40,659 nucleotides of DNA from positions 1-40,659 of the IMG/VR virus record IMGVR_UViG_3300012171_000003. The stretch is one strand, 5' to 3'. The DNA is from a virus. Its lineage: Duplodnaviria > Caudoviricetes. Each line of letters begins with the position of its first letter. Position 1 is the first letter of the stretch. Below, piece by piece: positions 9,220-19,666 of the stretch. Under the pieces are notes generated by a model, which was not told the origin of the DNA, made no database searches, and saw only the letters and a program-made list of their open reading frames with translations. A program made the position numbers and the translations under genes.

Positions 9220-9465
9220 ATGACATTTACTGCTACGCTTAAGCCTAGGATTATTGATACAGAGTGGATTAAGCGGTTTGGAGTTACACCCTCAGTAGCA
9301 CCAGGTGAGGATATCATGACTGTATATCTTGTTATACTACAGCGGGATCAAGGTAAGATTGCTGGCGTATTCAGTACTCAAGAAAAAGTCGCTGAGTACA
9401 TCACTAATAAGCCGTATAATGGATATACGATAATTGAAGCAATTGTTGATGAACCCAGGTTATAA
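9220..9465 (+). CDS. Hypothetical protein (alternative start ATG 9316)
   Basis: AAGGTG RBS; a second GAGGA-ATG internally; C-half GVFSTQEK motif resembles small phage proteins. Confidence 0.55.
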   Translation: MTFTATLKPRIIDTEWIKRFGVTPSVAPGEDIMTVYLVILQRDQGKIAGVFSTQEKVAEYITNKPYNGYTIIEAIVDEPRL

Positions 9466-9467
9466 AT

Positions 9468-9980
9468 ATGCCTAAGAAAAAGATAACCTTAGAGGAAGCG
9501 TTTGCTATCTTTGAGCAGCATGGTTTACAAGTTGAAGTCAAGGCTATACAGGTAGATGAACCCACAGCACAGCTTAGTGACTTTCTAGAATCTAATGCAC
9601 CTGTGGTGAATACCGCGGAACCTGTAGGTAAACGCTTCCTTAAAGTTACCTTATACGCAGCTCATACTATTGGTACAGGGGGACAGTTTGTTACTGGTAT
9701 TAATGGTGATAGACATGTGGTAGACAACGGAGTTGAAACATATGGTCCGGGTGTTGTTACTGTACCTTTAGAGCTTGCACAGCATTTATTACATCAAGAT
9801 GGTCTTGCACGCCAAGCAGATGATAGAATGCTCTCACCTCATATGCGTAGCTTTGTTGTTATTCCGAAAATTACAGCATACGGTGTAGTAAACTGTGGTA
9901 TACAAGTTAGCGATAATAACAGCTTTGATATGTCTTCCTTACTAGGTAAACTTGGTGATGACAGTGCACATAGATTATAG
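9468..9980 (+). CDS. Hypothetical virion-associated protein, 170 aa
   Basis: In operon after capsid; YGPGVVTVP segment. Confidence 0.65.
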   Translation: MPKKKITLEEAFAIFEQHGLQVEVKAIQVDEPTAQLSDFLESNAPVVNTAEPVGKRFLKVTLYAAHTIGTGGQFVTGINGDRHVVDNGVETYGPGVVTVPLELAQHLLHQDGLARQADDRMLSPHMRSFVVIPKITAYGVVNCGIQVSDNNSFDMSSLLGKLGDDSAHRL

Positions 9981-9990
9981 GAAGTAAAAT

Positions 9991-10164
9991 ATGGTAACTG
10001 CACAGTATTACAAGCCTATAAAACTGCCAACAGTTCCACTGCAGGAAGGGGATACCTATTGCTCTAGCTGTATGTGTCACTCTTCACAGTGCATATGTTT
10101 ACAGCTTGAGACAACCAAATTAACTAAAGAAGAATACAATAAACTTATGCAGACTGAAGGATAA
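9991..10164 (+). CDS. 57-aa Cys-rich protein (CSSCMCHSSQCIC)
   Basis: Translated by hand; AGGAAG RBS; fills the gap; not in ORF track. Confidence 0.6.
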   Translation: MVTAQYYKPIKLPTVPLQEGDTYCSSCMCHSSQCICLQLETTKLTKEEYNKLMQTEG

Positions 10165-10167
10165 AAT

Positions 10168-10605
10168 ATGCCAGTGCGTATGGCAGTAACAAAAACAACT
10201 GGACAAGGTGAGCAATTTGTTGTAGATGTATGTCAATGGAATCCTGTTACTGGAGAAGTGGCTCACACTGTAGCTGAACTAACAGAGCTTGCTAATCAAG
10301 CCCTTGCTCTTGCTGACCTTAGATTGATGGAAATGAACACAAGAATGCTTGAAGCGTACAACCTTGAAAGCTACTGTCAACCTGCAACGTGGTCAAAGAT
10401 ACTCAGCATAATGGAAGTAATGTGCGGTAGGGTAAGTGTTGATACGGTAGCAAGACGCTGGCAGAGTGAAATTGAAGAGACACAGGCACTTGAGGAAGAA
10501 AGGGCTAAACAAGCTACAGACCCTATGTGGCGTGATCCACTAAGACAGTATACACATCAAGCTGAGGCTATCTCTACTCATTATACAGACGGTACGAAAG
10601 TATGA
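10168..10605 (+). CDS. Hypothetical protein, 145 aa
   Basis: GAAGGA RBS; ATGA overlap with next gene. Confidence 0.7.
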   Translation: MPVRMAVTKTTGQGEQFVVDVCQWNPVTGEVAHTVAELTELANQALALADLRLMEMNTRMLEAYNLESYCQPATWSKILSIMEVMCGRVSVDTVARRWQSEIEETQALEEERAKQATDPMWRDPLRQYTHQAEAISTHYTDGTKV

Positions 10606-11057
10606 TTCGCTTAGCTAATGACCATATGTCTAGAGCACTCCATGCGCATCTGTACATTCGCTTACGTCAAGCGTGCCTTGACTTATCGCCTGAGCTTGAA
10701 CCAGAGCCTATAGTAAATGACTGGCTTACACGGCTATACAATAGTGACGTCAACTTGCACATACTTGTTACTCTTGACGATAATTACAATATAATTGAGC
10801 ATAGTGTTATTGACGTCAGAGAAGTATACAACCAACGTATTGTGTACTGCTATCAAATGGTTAAAGATAAAAGTACAAAAGATGTTGTTGACGAATGTAT
10901 GGAATATCTTGACAAGTTGAAGGAACTAACTAACGCTAGCTGTATAGCATTCGCTGTTGCTAAGAATGCTAAAGTATATGAGAAGCGCTATGGCTACAAG
11001 GTTTCACGTATAATGATGATTAAGACCTCTCAAAATAATGAAAGCTCTAAGGTATAA
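10602..11057 (+). CDS. Putative GNAT-fold protein preceding ejection proteins
   Basis: Size, position and C-terminal YEKRYGYK..IMMIK pattern resemble podoviral acetyltransferase-like genes. Confidence 0.5.
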   Translation: MIRLANDHMSRALHAHLYIRLRQACLDLSPELEPEPIVNDWLTRLYNSDVNLHILVTLDDNYNIIEHSVIDVREVYNQRIVYCYQMVKDKSTKDVVDECMEYLDKLKELTNASCIAFAVAKNAKVYEKRYGYKVSRIMMIKTSQNNESSKV

Positions 11058-11060
11058 ACC

Positions 11061-12794
11061 ATGGGCGACATTATTGGCGCTTTATTCGGTACAAGCAGTA
11101 CACAGTCGCAGCAGACACAGCCTGACGCTATGGCGCGTGCACTAAACGCTATTCGTGTACAGCAGGCAACAAACTATTTTAGTGGCAACGATTTATGGCA
11201 ATATGCCAATACTAACCCAGAGGGGGCTTATAGTACAACAGATGCAACACAAAAACTACTTCAAGCGACAGCAGAACAGGGTATACCGTCTATTGATTAC
11301 AGTAACTTAATGAGCCTTGATGACTATCGTAGGTCTTTTGATCCTGTTACTGCAAACTACGAGAGAAGTGTTGCTAATCTTGACAGACAGACAGCCGAGG
11401 GACAATCTAGCAATAGTGCAAGTTATAACGCACTGCGAAGCTTACTTGACGAAAGACTAAGTGGAGCCCTTGGGCGTTCATACAGTGACTACGGTACAAG
11501 TACAACCGCAGCTAGTAACGCTTACGGTAGGGTAACTGGCGATATTCAAGCCGACTACAACGCCGCTATAGCTAGAGGTGACTTTGATCTTGCACGATCT
11601 CTGATAACAAATGAAGGCTATGCTAACCGCGCTCTTGATACGAATGAAGCAAACTATACGCGTAGTCTAGGGACAAATGCTAATATCTTTGGACAGAATC
11701 TTAGCCTTGCAGATACTGCTACACAAGGCGGCCTTAATACAAATATAGCAAACTACCTACGTAGTCTTGGTATCGCCGATACAGATACCTTACGTAGTCT
11801 TGGTGTACAAGAGGCAGCTAGAGGTAGAGCACTCGACCTGGGTATAGGTACGACAGGTAACTACATTGACCGCATTGCTACACCGCGTATCAATCAAGCA
11901 TTAACTTTGCAAGGTCTTGAAAGCGGCGGAGCTGTACCAGCAGCAATAGCGAGAGCAACAGCAGAAACAGCTATGCCTTTTTTGCAAAGTATTGAAAATG
12001 GCTATAGTAGTAACGTGGCTAATACCTTGAACTCTTTAATGACAACAAAAGCAGGCTTAGGTAGCCAGCTTACAGGACTTGATGCGGAGCTTGTACAGGC
12101 ACTTCTTGCTTCTCGTACACAGCTTGGTGGTCAGTATGCAGGTTTACAAGCGGACTTAGGTAGTGAGCTTATGGGTCTACAAAGTGGAGTTAACACTCAG
12201 CTTCTTGGTCAACAAGGCACAGCTACCGAAGCGTCAGCAGCAGGTAATAGACAGCTTGGTGGTCAGCTTATGGGCTTACAAGCTCAAGCTGGGAATACAT
12301 ACCAAAACAATGTAGCTCAACTTGCACAAGCTTTGATGACTAACGATATTAGTTTAGAGCAAGCTGGTATAAGTGCGCAGTCTACTCTAGGCCAGCAGTT
12401 AATACAAGCACAGAATGCACTTCGTTTACAGCAGCAAGAGGGTGGTGTATCACTAGCTAACACATATAACCCTTTAGCTGCAGGCTTTGCACAGTCTCTA
12501 CCGGGTACGAGTGCACAGCTCTCTATGCTACCAGGGCAAATGCAAGCACTTAATGCTAACACAGCCACAGCGTTATTTCCATTGACAGACTTCAGCCGTC
12601 AGCTCCGTGAGTCTGACTTAATGCGCAGACAGGGATTTGCCACTTCAATATACACAGGTATTCCTTTCTCTCCAGGGAGTACAACTAGCGGTAAGAGTGG
12701 CACAGGGAATATGTTTGACCAACTCGGTGGTACTATAAGTAGCGGTGCAACAGGTGGTAGTGGTGGCTTCTCTACGTTTGGTACAAAGACTTAG
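11061..12794 (+). CDS. DNA ejection/pilot protein with 11-aa repeats
   Basis: MGDIIGALFG N-terminus; A/G/Q/S/L-rich; hendecad repeats; G-rich C-terminus. Confidence 0.7.
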   Translation: MGDIIGALFGTSSTQSQQTQPDAMARALNAIRVQQATNYFSGNDLWQYANTNPEGAYSTTDATQKLLQATAEQGIPSIDYSNLMSLDDYRRSFDPVTANYERSVANLDRQTAEGQSSNSASYNALRSLLDERLSGALGRSYSDYGTSTTAASNAYGRVTGDIQADYNAAIARGDFDLARSLITNEGYANRALDTNEANYTRSLGTNANIFGQNLSLADTATQGGLNTNIANYLRSLGIADTDTLRSLGVQEAARGRALDLGIGTTGNYIDRIATPRINQALTLQGLESGGAVPAAIARATAETAMPFLQSIENGYSSNVANTLNSLMTTKAGLGSQLTGLDAELVQALLASRTQLGGQYAGLQADLGSELMGLQSGVNTQLLGQQGTATEASAAGNRQLGGQLMGLQAQAGNTYQNNVAQLAQALMTNDISLEQAGISAQSTLGQQLIQAQNALRLQQQEGGVSLANTYNPLAAGFAQSLPGTSAQLSMLPGQMQALNANTATALFPLTDFSRQLRESDLMRRQGFATSIYTGIPFSPGSTTSGKSGTGNMFDQLGGTISSGATGGSGGFSTFGTKT

Positions 12795-12804
12795 AGGTAT
12801 AAAC

Positions 12805-13140
12805 GTGGCTTTCCTTGACTTCCTCGATCAAGGCATTGGTGGTATGCAACAAGCACAAAGACCAAATATAACAGGCGATGCTGGTATAGGTACACCACAG
12901 CCTGTTGGACCTACATGGGGTGATGCGCTCAAAGCTGGCATGACTTATGGCTCAAGCCCCGGTAGCTCAGGTCCAACCATTGCAGGTAGCATGAACTATA
13001 GCCCCGCTACCCGTAACACTATACAAAGCTTGCAACCTACGACAATGCAGAAGACACCTGTTGACAAGAATGCTGAACAGAACGATGATAGTCTAGGTAA
13101 AATTGTATCCTGGTTCATGAGTTTACTCGGTGCTGTATAA
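12805..13140 (+). CDS. Putative small ejection protein with hydrophobic C-terminus
   Basis: GAGGT RBS before GTG 12805; ends LGKIVSWFMSLLGAV. Confidence 0.6.
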   Translation: MAFLDFLDQGIGGMQQAQRPNITGDAGIGTPQPVGPTWGDALKAGMTYGSSPGSSGPTIAGSMNYSPATRNTIQSLQPTTMQKTPVDKNAEQNDDSLGKIVSWFMSLLGAV

Positions 13141-13142
13141 CT

Positions 13143-15002
13143 ATGTCTACAACGGGCTTCATGCCGCTTGATATTGATGTTCAACGTCCACAGACATTTG
13201 CACCCAGAGAGACACCTTTGCCTAGTCTTGATACAGGTAATATCAATAACGCTACACCAAAGCCTACAGCGTCAAGTGACCTTGAATCTAAGCTTAAAGC
13301 TGAAGGTTCTAGTACTTCTGGCCTTTCAATGATCCTTGCTATCTTAGGTGCAGCTAAAGGTGACTTTCGCGGACTACAAGCAATAGAGGACTCAAAGCGT
13401 AAGACAGCTCTCGGCAAGAGTATTCTACCGGAGATACGTAAAGTTGAAAGCATGACAAATACAGGTAAGTACAAAGAAGCTGGTACTTATCTTAATGAAG
13501 TTGTTGCTGGCTATGGACCAAGAGCAGAATATCTTGAACCGTACTTTAGACAGATGGCTGCTCGTATCAATGATCGCGAAAAGCGCTTTGAGAGTGCAAA
13601 CTCTCTAATGAATCAACTAGATGAAGTAACACCTGCTGAGCATGTTAATAGACCAATTATCGATGCCTGGAAGAAAGGACTAGCTAAAGGTGACCTGCCA
13701 AGTGAAGAGGGCTTCAACAACTTCATGGTAAGAATGGCACCACATATTCAACAGCTCAACGACCGTGTATCGCTCACAAGTGGTGTAACAGGTAAGACAG
13801 TAACCAGTATGCTGCCACAAGTAACAAGCGCTAAAGATGTTGACGACTATGTTGGCACGAAGGTTGCCGGTGAGAATAATATTGATGTAAGACAGCTTGC
13901 AGATGTAATGAATAATGTATCAGTAAAGACATCAGATGGTAAGATAATCACACCAGGCTCTGTTGAAGCATCAACAATTAGGGCTAGGTATAACAGTCTA
14001 CAACCGTTAATAGCCAGGTCTAAAATCGTCTCTAACTTACCTCTTGAGCCAACGTTGATAGCTCAACTCCTTGAGGACATGGGGCCAGAAGCAGTAGCAT
14101 TCAGAGAATTCGGAAGAGGTGATGTTACTAAAGCTATAAAAGGGCAACTTGGCAGACAGACTGAGCAAGTAATTGCTCAAAACATCGGTACTCAAGAGAG
14201 TGATTATAGTGCAATAGCCAAGGCCGGCATGGTACCTGTTGACTTTGACGATCAATCATCAACATTTCTTAACCAAATCAATAAACCAATGACATATGCT
14301 GATGTCAAAAAAGCTGGTGGCTCCATTGGCTTGATGAACCCTGATGTCCTTAGCAGACAAGTAATGCCAGCGAAGGAAGCCATACAAGGTCTTGAGTTAA
14401 TACCACAAATGCTTAGCGGTAACACCCTCCAGACTAGAGGGGATGTAATAGCAAGCGGACTTAACAATCTTGTTAGCTCATATTTGGGTTATCCTCTAAC
14501 AGATGTAGTAGATATTAGACAAAGGGCAAAGGCTATACTTGGCAAAGCTATAGAGCAAGTTGAGAATGCCTCTGCAGGTGATAGACCAATAAGTAGTCAA
14601 GATAGCAAAGTTATAAAAGACTTGAAGAGCTTTGCTACAGGTGACTTCAAATCAAATGAAGCGTTGTTAAGAGCTGTTGAATACGTGCGTACAAGATTAG
14701 GCCAAGTAATAACAAGGGCTACAGGTCTTACACTACCGGAAAGTCAAACAGCAGTATCACCAACACTACCTGCAAAGCGTCAACCATCAACTGATAAGAA
14801 GACATACAACATTCCAGGTGGTGGCTCAATAACTGTTGACCGTAAAAGTAAGAGTATTGTAGGAGAAAAGGCAACTGTAACAGATGAGCAAGGTAAGGCT
14901 ATGCCTTATACTGTAGGCCCTATAAAACTACCAGTAGAGCTTGAGAAGCAAATAAAAGATGCTGAAACAGGTAAGCCTAAACGTCCAATGATGTTAAGGT
15001 AA
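13143..15002 (+). CDS. Putative internal virion/ejection protein, 619 aa
   Basis: Large helical ORF in ejection cluster with N-proximal hydrophobic segment. Confidence 0.65.
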   Translation: MSTTGFMPLDIDVQRPQTFAPRETPLPSLDTGNINNATPKPTASSDLESKLKAEGSSTSGLSMILAILGAAKGDFRGLQAIEDSKRKTALGKSILPEIRKVESMTNTGKYKEAGTYLNEVVAGYGPRAEYLEPYFRQMAARINDREKRFESANSLMNQLDEVTPAEHVNRPIIDAWKKGLAKGDLPSEEGFNNFMVRMAPHIQQLNDRVSLTSGVTGKTVTSMLPQVTSAKDVDDYVGTKVAGENNIDVRQLADVMNNVSVKTSDGKIITPGSVEASTIRARYNSLQPLIARSKIVSNLPLEPTLIAQLLEDMGPEAVAFREFGRGDVTKAIKGQLGRQTEQVIAQNIGTQESDYSAIAKAGMVPVDFDDQSSTFLNQINKPMTYADVKKAGGSIGLMNPDVLSRQVMPAKEAIQGLELIPQMLSGNTLQTRGDVIASGLNNLVSSYLGYPLTDVVDIRQRAKAILGKAIEQVENASAGDRPISSQDSKVIKDLKSFATGDFKSNEALLRAVEYVRTRLGQVITRATGLTLPESQTAVSPTLPAKRQPSTDKKTYNIPGGGSITVDRKSKSIVGEKATVTDEQGKAMPYTVGPIKLPVELEKQIKDAETGKPKRPMMLR

Positions 15003-15005
15003 TAT

Positions 15006-16586
15006 ATGGCCGAGCAAGAACAAAAAAGTACCTTTGCTGATACTGCCGATAAAGAAGGTAAGCCCTTACATATCTTCTCTAGTGATGGTATACCTAAGAC
15101 CGCTGTAGAATTTAATACCGCAATGGATGAATATGATAAAAGCGGTAAAGCTCCACAGGGATATACCGTACTAGAGCCCGGTGTACTTGCAGATATCAAC
15201 ACAGCATTTCAAAGAGGCATGCAACCTATACAGAGGGGCTTACGAGCCATTGGTAAAGGTGCTGCTGGTGGGCTTGGTGTACCAGGTGGGTTAGCTATAC
15301 AACTTGGTGAAAAAACAGGTATATTACCTACTGGCTCAACAGAAGGTTATAAGCAAACTACAGAAAATATAGGTAGCAAAGTAGGAGAGATAGTTGGCGC
15401 TCCTGTAAGAACCCTTCCTGGCTATCTAACAGCTCTTGGTACAGCAGCAGCAACACCATTTCTTAACCCTGTAACAAAAGAAGCTGCTAATGTAGCTGGG
15501 CAGGCAAGTAAATATGTTGCAGATAAAACTGCAATGCTTGGTAATATGGTAAAGTCTGGCATTGGTGGCACAATTGGCTACCTTACAGGTACTGCCGCCG
15601 CAGGAGAGCCTATTAACTTAGGCAAAACTATGACAGAGTTTGGCATAATTGCTGCAGGGCAAGGAATAGCCGGTGTTCTCAACCATGCTATCACAAAATA
15701 CATAAGCCCTAATAGACAAGAGCAAGTCGCAAAGGGTATACTTGACGAGGTTACATCCACAAACCCTGTACTCAAAAATGATCCAAGTAAGTTTGAAATA
15801 TACGCCGGAAACAGTCAAGCTAATTTATCAGCTTTAGCGCAAAAGGTAGTATCTGGGATGCGTGGCACAGTAGACGATGTAACAGAGACTATGATGACTG
15901 AACTAAGAGCCCAAGGCCCTAGGTTTAATAAGGGCCAATTAAACACTCTACGTGCACAGGTAAGAAATATCGTTAAAGCTAGTAACGATGTACTTGATAA
16001 TATCGGTATAGATGATAAAGCATACAATGCAGCTCTAAAAACCGTCAATGAATCTGTAGGCTCTATGATCGATTATATAGGTTCTATTGACCCTCAATAC
16101 ATAATGGCGCAAACGAGGGTCACACATTTACTGAGTAAATACAGTCAAGACTTAATGAAAATGCAAGAAGGCGCAGAGGTAATAAATGCGCTAAAGAAAT
16201 CTGGTATGGGTAGCGGCTGGAATGCTATGAAATTTGGTCAGCATGCAAGAGGTGAGTATCAAGCAGGAAATGAAACATACAAACGTGTGGGTGATATACT
16301 AGGCGGTGGTCGACCTCTAACACAACTACCGCAAGCAGCACAAGAGACAAGTCAGGCAGCACCAACGGTAATGAGTATGCTTACAGATGCTTACAAAACA
16401 TTCACAGGTAGTAAGTTACCAGTTCTCCAGAATGCCTTTGGCCTTGGCGGAAGACCTGCACCGCAACAAGTACCATGGGGTGATCCAGCACCGGCTCTCA
16501 CACCACTGCAGAATATCACTGTACAAGAGGCAGCACAAGAAAGCCAAAGGGCTGCAATGAAAACATTTATAGGTAAGGGACAGTAA
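15006..16586 (+). CDS. Putative internal virion/ejection protein, 526 aa
   Basis: G/A-rich membrane-like segments (GAAGGLGVPGGL, GIGGTIGYLTG) typical of podoviral DNA transfer proteins. Confidence 0.65.
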   Translation: MAEQEQKSTFADTADKEGKPLHIFSSDGIPKTAVEFNTAMDEYDKSGKAPQGYTVLEPGVLADINTAFQRGMQPIQRGLRAIGKGAAGGLGVPGGLAIQLGEKTGILPTGSTEGYKQTTENIGSKVGEIVGAPVRTLPGYLTALGTAAATPFLNPVTKEAANVAGQASKYVADKTAMLGNMVKSGIGGTIGYLTGTAAAGEPINLGKTMTEFGIIAAGQGIAGVLNHAITKYISPNRQEQVAKGILDEVTSTNPVLKNDPSKFEIYAGNSQANLSALAQKVVSGMRGTVDDVTETMMTELRAQGPRFNKGQLNTLRAQVRNIVKASNDVLDNIGIDDKAYNAALKTVNESVGSMIDYIGSIDPQYIMAQTRVTHLLSKYSQDLMKMQEGAEVINALKKSGMGSGWNAMKFGQHARGEYQAGNETYKRVGDILGGGRPLTQLPQAAQETSQAAPTVMSMLTDAYKTFTGSKLPVLQNAFGLGGRPAPQQVPWGDPAPALTPLQNITVQEAAQESQRAAMKTFIGKGQ

Positions 16587-16694
16587 CTGTGTATCCATTA
16601 GCTCTATTAATTATTACTACAAGCTTATTCTGTAGCGGTGTACTTATGGGTCTCTTATTTCTTGGCACATTTGAGCGCTGGTTAGGTTTCTAAA

Positions 16695-18239
16695 ATGACA
16701 CTTGTTCGCGAAACAGGTAGTGAAATAATAGCGCAGTTTACAGTACCTACTAGAGGTACATGGCGTAACGTCGCTATCCATACTATCCCACTCGATGCAC
16801 TCTACGATAGCTTAAATGTCTTTGTGCGTGAAGGTAAATTAAGAAATAGACCAGGATTAACACTACTTGATGATACCTTATTTCTTGAGCCTGTGCTTGG
16901 TGGTTTTATGGTTGTCACACCACTTGAGAAAACAATTCTTGCTATCACACAGCTAAGGATATATCAGCTATCTAACATTTCAGGTCAATGGTCTACATTA
17001 CTTGCTCCCGCAATGACTAACTTTGCGCCTAATAATAATAGCGTAGTTGACATGACTTTCATGGAAACAGCAGGATCATATGTTGCTGTTATTGCACAGG
17101 AGAATAATGTATTAAAGCAATGGACAAACAGCCCTTTATCTGTATCAGTAATGACAGGTACAAATATACCAACCGCTAAAAGTGTATGTACAGCAGCATC
17201 TCGTATCATTGCTCTTATATCTCCTCATACAGTTGTATGGTCCAATACACTCAATCCTAATGTATACAGTAGTCTTGCGTATGCCAAACGTGCACAGACA
17301 GGAGATGTTGGCGTATGCGTTAAGCCACTCTCAGCGCTCTCATTTGTGTTATACAAAGAGCGTAGTATACATATGGCACGTGCTCAAGCAGGTCTTGACG
17401 AAGGTACAGCCTTTATCTTCCTTGAGCCTTTATATGTTGAAGGACCTGCAGGTATATACGCCGTTGTCAACGTTAACGGTACTCATATATACATGACTAA
17501 GAACGGTAGAGTAGCCATGTTCAATGGTACCTCTTACCCTCAATGGCTGTGTGACGGTCTATGGTTCTTTCTACAAGAAGACATAGATCAGACGGCTGCG
17601 CATAAGATACGTGGTGTCTATGACTACCGCCTTCATACAGTAACGTTTTTCTACCCTAAGATAAATAGCGGCAATGGTCTAAGAGGTATGGTTACTATCA
17701 ACTTACCTCTTGAAGGGCTTGATACAGTAAGTGCTACACTGCCACACGCTTTTCTGGGCCTTTGTGCAAAGCCAGTTACTCATGCATGCGAGAAACGCTT
17801 TGATTCTACAGTCGACCGCTCACTCATAATTACACAAGCGTCTAGTCCAGTAAATGATGCTCGAGCATTTATCTTTGACGAATTATCTAGCCTAGATGGT
17901 GACTTACCCTTTAACTGCATGTTTCAAACAGGCTTACAGCCAATGCCGGATGCACGCCATACACATGTCAGTGTTGAGACATTTCTGGAACGTAACTACG
18001 GCTACGGCTCAGCCTTTATTGAGCCTGTCATCAGTGACGCTTTAGAAAATTCAACAGGTACTATACCAGAGCTAAGCGGACAATGGATTGATCTTGAAAG
18101 TAACCCTATACGTGAGTATAAAGGCTTTGGTAGACAGGTACGGTTCTTTGGACTTAAGTATAGCTGGAGTAGTATTAACCACTTACGGTATAGTGGAGCT
18201 GTCGTGTATGCTAGCTCACTACCAAAGTATAGGAAATAA
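16695..18239 (+). CDS. Tail nozzle/stabilisation protein (P22 gp10 / T7 gp12-like)
   Basis: 514 aa beta-propeller-like; N-terminal LRNRPG motif; position in tail cluster. Confidence 0.7.
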   Translation: MTLVRETGSEIIAQFTVPTRGTWRNVAIHTIPLDALYDSLNVFVREGKLRNRPGLTLLDDTLFLEPVLGGFMVVTPLEKTILAITQLRIYQLSNISGQWSTLLAPAMTNFAPNNNSVVDMTFMETAGSYVAVIAQENNVLKQWTNSPLSVSVMTGTNIPTAKSVCTAASRIIALISPHTVVWSNTLNPNVYSSLAYAKRAQTGDVGVCVKPLSALSFVLYKERSIHMARAQAGLDEGTAFIFLEPLYVEGPAGIYAVVNVNGTHIYMTKNGRVAMFNGTSYPQWLCDGLWFFLQEDIDQTAAHKIRGVYDYRLHTVTFFYPKINSGNGLRGMVTINLPLEGLDTVSATLPHAFLGLCAKPVTHACEKRFDSTVDRSLIITQASSPVNDARAFIFDELSSLDGDLPFNCMFQTGLQPMPDARHTHVSVETFLERNYGYGSAFIEPVISDALENSTGTIPELSGQWIDLESNPIREYKGFGRQVRFFGLKYSWSSINHLRYSGAVVYASSLPKYRK

Positions 18240-18241
18240 CA

Positions 18242-18391
18242 ATGCCTACACTTAGTGGACCGGCACTACAACCGCCACCTGTACCATTAATAACAGGTGA
18301 TCCAGTAACAGATATAAAAATAATCATCTCATATCTCAATGGACTTATTGCTTATCTATCAAATCATGTGCCAACTGTTGAAGCACCGTAG
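18242..18391 (+). CDS. 49-aa hypothetical protein
   Basis: Translated by hand MPTLSGPALQPPPVP...; AGGA RBS; fills the gap. Confidence 0.55.
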   Translation: MPTLSGPALQPPPVPLITGDPVTDIKIIISYLNGLIAYLSNHVPTVEAP

Positions 18392-18398
18392 GTGACGT

Positions 18399-19157
18399 AT
18401 GCCGAATAGATACTGTAGAGATGAATTGATAAAAATCGGTCTAAGTATGGCGCAGTTACCTAACCTTGAGATACACGATGCACCTGACGGTGTAGTACAG
18501 CAAGATGCCTTTGCTATCCAGTGGCTTCAAGATATACTTGACTTCTGGTATCATGTATGCCCATTCTCTGTCACGGTTATAAAGCAAGCTATAAACTGTA
18601 CAGCTAATAGTGACACAATTATCTTACCTAGTGATTTCATCCTTGATGTTAGAAATGGACTACTCGTACAAACTACACCAGGTGATATAAACAGCTACAG
18701 ACGCAAGCGTAGGGTACCACTACAGAAGTTCATTAATAGACAGTTATACTATCAAGGGGCTACTAACGTTAACTGTCCTGAGTTTTACTGTATCGTAGGT
18801 AACGATGGGGTAACAGAAACACAATATCAAACGATGAAAGTAGCGCCAACGCCAACAATTAACACACTCTGTTATCTATGGTATTACAAGCTACCAGCTA
18901 AGCTAGAAGCGAATCAAAGACCGCAGTTACCGTATGATTACATGGCCACAGAGTATATCAGAATAAGAGCACATGAATGGCAAGGTCTCTATGATCCAGG
19001 TACAGCACAGAAGTTCTGCGATAAGCTTGTGAGCTGGGCTAAGGCGAGTGGCTTAATGAATGAGCCAGAGGATGACGAGATACCATTTGATGAGCAGGTA
19101 TATCAAAGACATAGAGGCTCACAAAGTAATACATATAATTGGATGGGTGATAGATAA
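18399..19157 (+). CDS. Head-tail adaptor/tail tubular protein A-like
   Basis: ILPSDF, PEFYCI, VAPTP, WYYKLP motifs typical of podoviral adaptors. Confidence 0.7.
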   Translation: MPNRYCRDELIKIGLSMAQLPNLEIHDAPDGVVQQDAFAIQWLQDILDFWYHVCPFSVTVIKQAINCTANSDTIILPSDFILDVRNGLLVQTTPGDINSYRRKRRVPLQKFINRQLYYQGATNVNCPEFYCIVGNDGVTETQYQTMKVAPTPTINTLCYLWYYKLPAKLEANQRPQLPYDYMATEYIRIRAHEWQGLYDPGTAQKFCDKLVSWAKASGLMNEPEDDEIPFDEQVYQRHRGSQSNTYNWMGDR

Positions 19158-19666
19158 TGGCTAGTGCTTCAAGTGTATTACAGTCCTTACTATCACAACT
19201 TAGCCCAAAGGATGCTGAAGCTAAGATTGTAGGCTCAAAGGAAGCTATGGAGCTTGTTGCAAAGATGTATAGTGACAGTAAAAATAAAGATGACTTCCTC
19301 GCTCAACAGTATCAGAATATAATAAACATTGCTCACAGACGACCAGAGGAAGTAAGTATACAAAGCGCACCTGGTTTATCAGATGTATATGAGGCTGCCG
19401 GTGAATTTGATCCGCAGCAAGACCGTATATTGTATGACTCAAACTTGTCTCAAGAGAATACATATAACAGTATTGCACATGAACTGTTACACTTTTTGAG
19501 TAAGGTTAACAAAACAGAGATGTCACCACAGCAAGAGCACGACATAATAAAGCACATCTTAGGTACATCAACTTACAAAACTGCACATGAGCTTGATGGG
19601 TATGCACCGCCTATACCTACATTAGAGCAAGATTCTATAATAAAGAGTTTACTTAAGGAAAAGTAA
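19157..19666 (+). CDS. Zincin-like metallopeptidase domain protein
   Basis: AGEF...ILYD...SIAHELLH (HExxH) with downstream E. Confidence 0.65.
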   Translation: MASASSVLQSLLSQLSPKDAEAKIVGSKEAMELVAKMYSDSKNKDDFLAQQYQNIINIAHRRPEEVSIQSAPGLSDVYEAAGEFDPQQDRILYDSNLSQENTYNSIAHELLHFLSKVNKTEMSPQQEHDIIKHILGTSTYKTAHELDGYAPPIPTLEQDSIIKSLLKEK

